Assembly: GCA_044868145.1 (NCBI GenBank)
Contig: JBIOWE010000006.1
Span: 14,558 to 78,557, forward strand
Length of the DNA stretch: 64,000 bases
Reading direction: 5' to 3'
Source: Patescibacteria group bacterium
Lineage (GTDB): Bacteria > Patescibacteriota > Patescibacteriia > UBA10025 > JBIOWE01
Within the stretch, counting starts at the first letter, position 1; each line of letters begins with the position of its first letter. The position numbers were made by a program, and so were the translations under genes. The notes under the pieces were generated by a model. It did no database searches. It was not told the DNA's origin and was given only the letters and a program-made list of their open reading frames with translations. Shown here in pieces: positions 58,713 to 64,000 of the stretch.

Positions 58713-59957
58713 GTGAACACATCTCCGAAGGCAAACGGTTTTAACGGCCTGGGTATTGCTCCGCGCTTGCTCGACAGCCTTGACCGCCTGAAGTTTACCG
58801 AGCCGACGCCGGTTCAGCGCCGGTCTATTCCTATTGGCATTGAAGGAAAAGACTTGATTGCCATTGCCCAGACGGGCACGGGCAAAACGTTGGCATTCGG
58901 CATTCCTCTGATTCAGCGGTTGGCCCAGATGAAGGGCAAGGGGCTTGTGCTCGTGCCCACGCGCGAGCTGGCAATGCAAGTCGACGAATCGCTTCACGAC
59001 ATCGGGCGTTCTTTGGGTTTGCGTAGCGCGGTGCTCATTGGTGGCGCGTCCATGTTCCAGCAGCATCAGAGCTTACGGCGAAAACCCCACGTGATCATCG
59101 CGACGCCGGGCAGACTCTTGGATCATTTAGAGCAGAAAACGTTGAGCTTGTCGGACATCACGATGTTGGTGCTCGACGAAGCGGACAGAATGCTCGACAT
59201 GGGATTTGCCCCGCAAATTAAAAGGATTCTTGCGGCGGTGCCCACGAAGCGGCAGACCATGCTTTTTTCGGCGACCATGCCAAAAGCAATTATCGACATC
59301 GCGCACCGGCACATGGCAGTGCCGCTCCATGTGGAGATCGCGCGTTCCGGCACGTCGGTTGCCACCGTGACCCAGGAACTTTTTTTCCTTAACAGCGAAT
59401 CAAAAACCCGTCTTTTAGAAACGCTGCTCAAGCAATACCCGGGTCCTGTGCTCGTGTTCGTAAGAACGAAGCACGCGGCGCGCAGGCTTGCTCGCTACGT
59501 GCAGGAGATGGGGCACCGGGCCGCTGACATCCATTCCAACAGAAGTTTGTCGCAGCGTCGCGAAGCGCTTGAGGGGTTTAAGTCCGGGAAATACCGCGTG
59601 CTAGTGGCGACGGACATTGCGGCCCGCGGAATTGACGTAACCGGAATTGAGCTGGTCATTAATTTTGACCTGCCGCAGAGCCCAGAGGATTATATCCATC
59701 GGATCGGTAGGACCGCGCGCGCGGGGCGTGCGGGCAAGGCAATATCGTTCGCGACTTTTGACCAGCGTGGCGACGTGCGGAGCATCGAACGGTTATTGCG
59801 TAAAACATTGCCGGTGCGACCGTTACCCGTCTTACCGCCGGCGCGCATCGTCCATCATGCTCACCCAGGTGATCGCCGGCAATTCGATTCGCGCGGTCAT
59901 CGCAGCAAGAGCCATCGGCGGCCACAAGGAAACTTTCGCCGCAAGGGATCGTATTGA
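58713..59957 (+). CDS. DEAD-box RNA helicase (RhlE-like)
   Basis: AQTGTGKT, PTRELA, TPGRL, DEAD, SAT, ARGID, HRIGRTAR. Confidence 0.95.
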   Translation: MNTSPKANGFNGLGIAPRLLDSLDRLKFTEPTPVQRRSIPIGIEGKDLIAIAQTGTGKTLAFGIPLIQRLAQMKGKGLVLVPTRELAMQVDESLHDIGRSLGLRSAVLIGGASMFQQHQSLRRKPHVIIATPGRLLDHLEQKTLSLSDITMLVLDEADRMLDMGFAPQIKRILAAVPTKRQTMLFSATMPKAIIDIAHRHMAVPLHVEIARSGTSVATVTQELFFLNSESKTRLLETLLKQYPGPVLVFVRTKHAARRLARYVQEMGHRAADIHSNRSLSQRREALEGFKSGKYRVLVATDIAARGIDVTGIELVINFDLPQSPEDYIHRIGRTARAGRAGKAISFATFDQRGDVRSIERLLRKTLPVRPLPVLPPARIVHHAHPGDRRQFDSRGHRSKSHRRPQGNFRRKGSY

Positions 59958-59991
59958 AGCAAAATAATTTCAGTAGTACAATAAAGGTGCA

Positions 59992-61263
59992 ATGAAAAAA
60001 AATATAATCATCGTCAGTCTAGCCGTCGTTATCGTTGGACTCATAGGGTATGTGGTCCTCAGCCAACGCAATACGAGTCCGGCAGGCACGACGAACCAAA
60101 CAACGAATTCGACGAGTAATACGAAGGGCACCGCGAATCAGTCGGATCAGCAGAAGGCCGCTGATCAGGCGGGAAAACAAATCAGCGGCGGACACTGCAC
60201 CGGAACCGACAAACCGAAATTAACGCACCTGCCCATGGACCCGGCAGACTTCGCTTTTATTTTGCCCTACGGATTGATGGTTGGCGGACACGTCACGCCG
60301 GTTGATCACCAATATTTCAGTCCGATTATTTTTGATTCACCGCCGAGCACGTACAACGTCTATGCCATGGCGGATAGTCAGTTGGTTGGCGTGCAAACCC
60401 GTACGCATCAGGGCCAAGGTCAAAATAAAAGTATCATGGTCACCGACTATCACCTCATTTTCAGTGTCAGCTGTCGTTTATTCTACTACTACGACCTCGT
60501 GAACAGTCTGGCGACGGGTTTGGAGGACGCATTCAACGACATGAATAACCATAATGGCGTGCATGTCACCTCTGGCCAACTCATCGGCAAGATTGGCGGC
60601 CAGACGCTCGATTTCGCGGTGTGGGACACCGAGAAACCGCTCACCGGCTTCATAGTACCGGAACACTACGCACGCGAATCGTGGAAAATCTACACGGCTG
60701 ATCCGCTTGACTACTATGCGGACGACATCAAAGCGGCTGCCTTGGCGAAGTATGTACGAACCGCTGAACCCTTGAGTGGCAAGATTGATTACGACATTGA
60801 TGGCAAACTCATCGGTACCTGGTTTAAGCAAGAAGCTAATGGGACAACGACTGGCTACGCCGGCACTGGCGAAAATGACTACTGGACAACGCATCTGTCA
60901 TTCTCCCCATACTTTCTCGACCCTTCTGGTTTTCTCATCTCCATAGGCAATTGGCCGAAGCCGGATGGCGCATCGCAATTCGCGTCAAAAGAGGACGGCC
61001 CGAACCCGGCTGACGTTGACGTGAGCACCGGCTTGGTGAAGTATAACTTGGTTCGGTTCGACGATTACAAAGCGAACGGTCAGCGGTGGGACAACATGAC
61101 TTTTCCCAATTCGCCGATTAGTTTGCATAAGCTCAGTTCTGTTGAAGGATGCATGTTGGCGCAAATGACGGACACCCGGACATTGAAAGCGGAAGCGTTC
61201 AACGGCAAGAATTGCAGCCTAGTGACCGGGTTTACGTCAGCCGCAACCATATATATACGGTAA
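59992..61263 (+). CDS. Membrane-anchored M23-like protein (paralog 3)
   Basis: Similar to ORFs 51990 and 54069. Confidence 0.7.
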   Translation: MKKNIIIVSLAVVIVGLIGYVVLSQRNTSPAGTTNQTTNSTSNTKGTANQSDQQKAADQAGKQISGGHCTGTDKPKLTHLPMDPADFAFILPYGLMVGGHVTPVDHQYFSPIIFDSPPSTYNVYAMADSQLVGVQTRTHQGQGQNKSIMVTDYHLIFSVSCRLFYYYDLVNSLATGLEDAFNDMNNHNGVHVTSGQLIGKIGGQTLDFAVWDTEKPLTGFIVPEHYARESWKIYTADPLDYYADDIKAAALAKYVRTAEPLSGKIDYDIDGKLIGTWFKQEANGTTTGYAGTGENDYWTTHLSFSPYFLDPSGFLISIGNWPKPDGASQFASKEDGPNPADVDVSTGLVKYNLVRFDDYKANGQRWDNMTFPNSPISLHKLSSVEGCMLAQMTDTRTLKAEAFNGKNCSLVTGFTSAATIYIR

Positions 61264-61288
61264 CCTAACATTGTCATCAAAAACGTTT

Positions 61289-61489
61289 ATGGACCAAGAA
61301 ACAACACAAAAATTCGCCGAGCTCAATAAAAAACTCGACGACATCTATCGGTCAGCGGAACGGACCCGCAAAATATTCATGTGGACGCTCATTCTTGGGC
61401 TTGCCACAGTACTTCTTCCACTTATCGGACTTCTGTTCGTCATCCCGTCGTATTTGAATACGCTCAACGTAGAGAGTCTGATCAAATAA
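61289..61489 (+). CDS. Small membrane protein
   Basis: K.D.IY.SAE.TRK followed by a TM helix. Confidence 0.65.
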   Translation: MDQETTQKFAELNKKLDDIYRSAERTRKIFMWTLILGLATVLLPLIGLLFVIPSYLNTLNVESLIK

Positions 61490-61561
61490 GAAAATGGCGG
61501 CTAACAGTAGTTGACGACATTTGATTGTATTGTTCTTTTAAAAAATTAAAGGAGGTGTAGT

Positions 61562-61822
61562 GTGGATCGTACACAAATTCTGGCGAAAGTCATAGAAATT
61601 GTGGTTGATGAACTTGACGCAGACCTTGAGAAAGTGACTGAGCAGTCAAGCTTTATGAACGATTTAGGCGCTGATTCCCTCGATTCGACAGAGCTCATCA
61701 TGAGGTTCGAGGATGCGTTCTCTCTCGAGATACCCGACGCGGACGCGCTAAAGATCACAACTGTTCGTGAGGCAGTTGATTATATTGAAACGGCGCTTAC
61801 GCAAAAAAATGGCAGCACGTAG
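61562..61822 (+). CDS. acpP: Acyl carrier protein
   Basis: DLGADSLD phosphopantetheine site, EIPD.DA.KI.TV; GTG start with AAGGAGGT SD. Confidence 0.92.
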   Translation: MDRTQILAKVIEIVVDELDADLEKVTEQSSFMNDLGADSLDSTELIMRFEDAFSLEIPDADALKITTVREAVDYIETALTQKNGST

Positions 61823-61930
61823 CGCACATTCTCCCTCAACCCCGAGTCGTTTGGCCCGGGGTTTTTCTTTCAACGAAGAATTGCGAATTGAAGAATTAGA
61901 GTATTGAAGAATTATAAATGCAAAGCCGCC

Positions 61931-62003
61931 TTGACGTCATTATTTGATTACAGTAGACTAAATGACAGAAAGCCTCCCCGAACATTTGGGGAGTTTTTTG
62001 TTC
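61931..62003 (+). promoter_or_regulatory. Promoter-AAGCC-hairpin-terminator cassette E
   Basis: TTGACG-N17-TAGACT-N9-AAAGCCTCCCCGAACATTTGGGGAGTTTTTT. Confidence 0.65.
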
Positions 62004-62094
62004 AATTATTAATTTCAATATTAAAGAATTAGAGGATTTCGAATGAACAATGAATAAATCCTGAATTCGCAATATTTAATTCGTAATTAACTAT

Positions 62095-62469
62095 ATGAAG
62101 TACAGAACATTTGAGGAATTGCCAATTTGGCAGGAAGCAATTCGTTTGACGCAGGAGATCTATTCCATGTCTGGTCAAAAATCATGGGGTTATGATTATG
62201 GTCTACGAGATCAGATACGCAGGGCGATGGTGTCCGTGAGCGCAAATATTGTTGAAGGATTTGAGAAGAATACTAATAAGGAGTTTATTCGCTATTTACG
62301 AATCGCCAAGGGCTCAATTGGGGAGGTCCGAAATCATTTTTATGTAGCAGAATCTTTGGGATATATTTCGAACAAAGAATTCAACGTAGTGAACCAAGAG
62401 CTGCTCACAGTAGCAAAACAAATTGGTGGATTCATCAATTATCTGCGTAAATTTAGATATCAAGAATGA
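62095..62469 (+). CDS. Four helix bundle protein (23S rRNA IVP / bAvd-like family)
   Basis: FE.L.IWQ, L.DQ.RRA..S...NI.EG, F..YL.IA.GS..E. Confidence 0.92.
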   Translation: MKYRTFEELPIWQEAIRLTQEIYSMSGQKSWGYDYGLRDQIRRAMVSVSANIVEGFEKNTNKEFIRYLRIAKGSIGEVRNHFYVAESLGYISNKEFNVVNQELLTVAKQIGGFINYLRKFRYQE

Positions 62470-62646
62470 ATGAAAGGATTGAATCTTCCTTGAATCCTTT
62501 AATCTTGAATCCGTAATTCTTGAATTATTGCTTAACTTAGCCAAAAATAATTTTCGAGTCTTGATTTAAATCAAAAAAGATAGTAGTATATGGGCGATTG
62601 TGGAAATCCACAATAGTGATTTTGGAGGAATTTTTGGCAACACTGT

Positions 62647-62907
62647 ATGCCTGAAGATCGTCGAAAAACATGGTGGCAAGCGCTGTCCCTGGCGGGCCAG
62701 CTTGGGTGGGTTATTGCTGTGCCCCTTGTTCTCTTCGCGGCTGTTGGTCAATTACTGGATAAACAACTCGATACATCGCCGTGGCTCCTGCTTGGCGGCA
62801 TCGGCGTGTCCATCCTCGTTTCAACCATAGGTCTCGTTTTCCAGTTTCAGCGCATCATTCAACAATATAACAAGGACAACAAAAACAACACGAAAAAAAT
62901 CGTATGA
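62647..62907 (+). CDS. AtpZ/AtpI family membrane protein
   Basis: LG..IA.P......G..LD....TSP; first gene of the atp operon. Confidence 0.85.
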   Translation: MPEDRRKTWWQALSLAGQLGWVIAVPLVLFAAVGQLLDKQLDTSPWLLLGGIGVSILVSTIGLVFQFQRIIQQYNKDNKNNTKKIV

Positions 62908-63644
62908 ACGTCTCGATCGCGGCTGAGCCCCTTTTCCATATTGGCAGTTTCCCATTTACGAACAGTTTGTTGGCCGCTCTTATCACGGTCATTTTTTTGA
63001 TTACCGTCGCTGCGGTGCTCCGTAGGAAAATTGCGCTTGTACCAAAGGGATTGCAGAACGTTGTTGAGCTATCGTTCGAAGGCGGCTTGGGGATTATGGA
63101 ACAAGTAACGCAAGACGCGAAGCAGTCGAGGAAATTTTTCCCGCTTGTTTTTACCATATTTATTTTCATTCTCGTCTCAAACTGGTTCGGGCTCATTCCG
63201 CTCTGGGGCCCTATTGGCCTCCGCGAAGTCCACGAGGCCAAGGACGTGTTCGTTCCTTTGCTGCGTTCCGCAAACAGCGATTTAAACATAACGCTCGCGC
63301 TCGCACTTATTGTATTGTTTACATTTCAATTTTTCGGCATTGCGTCTGTCGGTTTTTTTAAGTATGCCGGCAAGTTCATTAATTTCAAAGGCCCGTTAAA
63401 ATTCTTTCTTGGCATTCTCGAGCTTATTTCCGAAATCGCAAAACTGATTTCCTTGAGCTTTCGATTGTTCGGCAATATTTTTGCGGGAGAGGTGCTGCTG
63501 CTCGTTATGATGTTTCTTATTCCCTACGTTCTGCCTGTTCCGTTTCTCGTGCTTGAAGTTTTTGTCGGTGTTATTCAGGCGTTCATCTTTGCCATGCTGA
63601 CCATCGTGTTCCTGAAGATTGCGATGACCGAAGCACACCACTAA
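62904..63644 (+). CDS. atpB: F0F1 ATP synthase subunit a
   Basis: LQN.VE, NW.GL.P, SL.FRLFGNI.AGE, IQA.IF..L. Confidence 0.96.
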   Translation: MNVSIAAEPLFHIGSFPFTNSLLAALITVIFLITVAAVLRRKIALVPKGLQNVVELSFEGGLGIMEQVTQDAKQSRKFFPLVFTIFIFILVSNWFGLIPLWGPIGLREVHEAKDVFVPLLRSANSDLNITLALALIVLFTFQFFGIASVGFFKYAGKFINFKGPLKFFLGILELISEIAKLISLSFRLFGNIFAGEVLLLVMMFLIPYVLPVPFLVLEVFVGVIQAFIFAMLTIVFLKIAMTEAHH

Positions 63645-63685
63645 TTTTTTTTCACTAATTATCACGAATTAATATTTAATAATAG

Positions 63686-63928
<243 letters not shown>

Positions 63929-63946
63929 TAACGGTCATTCACTCGT

Positions 63947-64000
63947 ATGGCAGAGCTTTTTGAAAAGCTTGGCGTTGATTGGAAACTGCTTCTCGCTCAA
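63947..64000 (+). CDS. atpF: F0F1 ATP synthase subunit b, N-terminal part
   Basis: MAELFEKLGVDWKLLLAQ following atpE. Confidence 0.85.
   Translation, partial: MAELFEKLGVDWKLLLAQ

Larger units (their letters stand above)
61876..62528. repeat. Degenerate 7-8-mer (GAATT/AATTC-rich) arrays flanking the four-helix-bundle gene
   Basis: GAAGAATTGCGAATTGAAGAATTAGAG..., ...TGAATCCTTTAATCTTGAATCCGTAATTCTTGAATT. Confidence 0.65.

Noticed and set aside
62095-62469. Diversity-generating retroelement
   Set aside because: Avd-like fold only; no reverse transcriptase or TR/VR pair is visible.

Overview
A 64 kb chromosomal segment from a bacterium using genetic code 11. Gene content and style (CPR-type pilin, membrane-anchored Clp ATPase, long tmRNA tag, many genes without a Shine-Dalgarno (SD) motif) suggest Patescibacteria/CPR; this is an inference. 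The housekeeping backbone is infC, ssrA, smpB, hisS, argS, ileS, recO, rpsD, glyQS, cysS, rsmI, metG, tatD, rmuC, typA, a DEAD-box helicase, acpP and the start of the atp operon. An accessory/defence region lies at about 40.6-56 kb. Main observations: (1) A 282-bp element with CCWGCCTGC...GCAGGCWGG ends is one open GIY-YIG nuclease frame with no start or stop codon, inserted in frame into a DHFR/RibD-C family gene. A 41-bp nuclease-free copy sits at a second GA| site, and precise removal of either copy restores the host sequence. (2) Several other palindromic repeat families each lie next to a small GIY-YIG, DUF559 or four-helix-bundle gene and also occur as orphan, nested or in-frame copies. 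(3) A sigma70 promoter + AAGCC hairpin-terminator micro-cassette occurs five times beside these genes and elements. (4) A histidine cluster has hutH, a tRNA-His lacking G-1 (G1:U72, A73), an alphaproteobacterial-type HisRS, and a His(CAC) T-box whose bulge matches the canonical C73 tRNA. (5) Two tandem helical-repeat proteins are followed by a ParB fused to a DnaA domain IV. All calls come from reading the sequence by eye; no searches were run.
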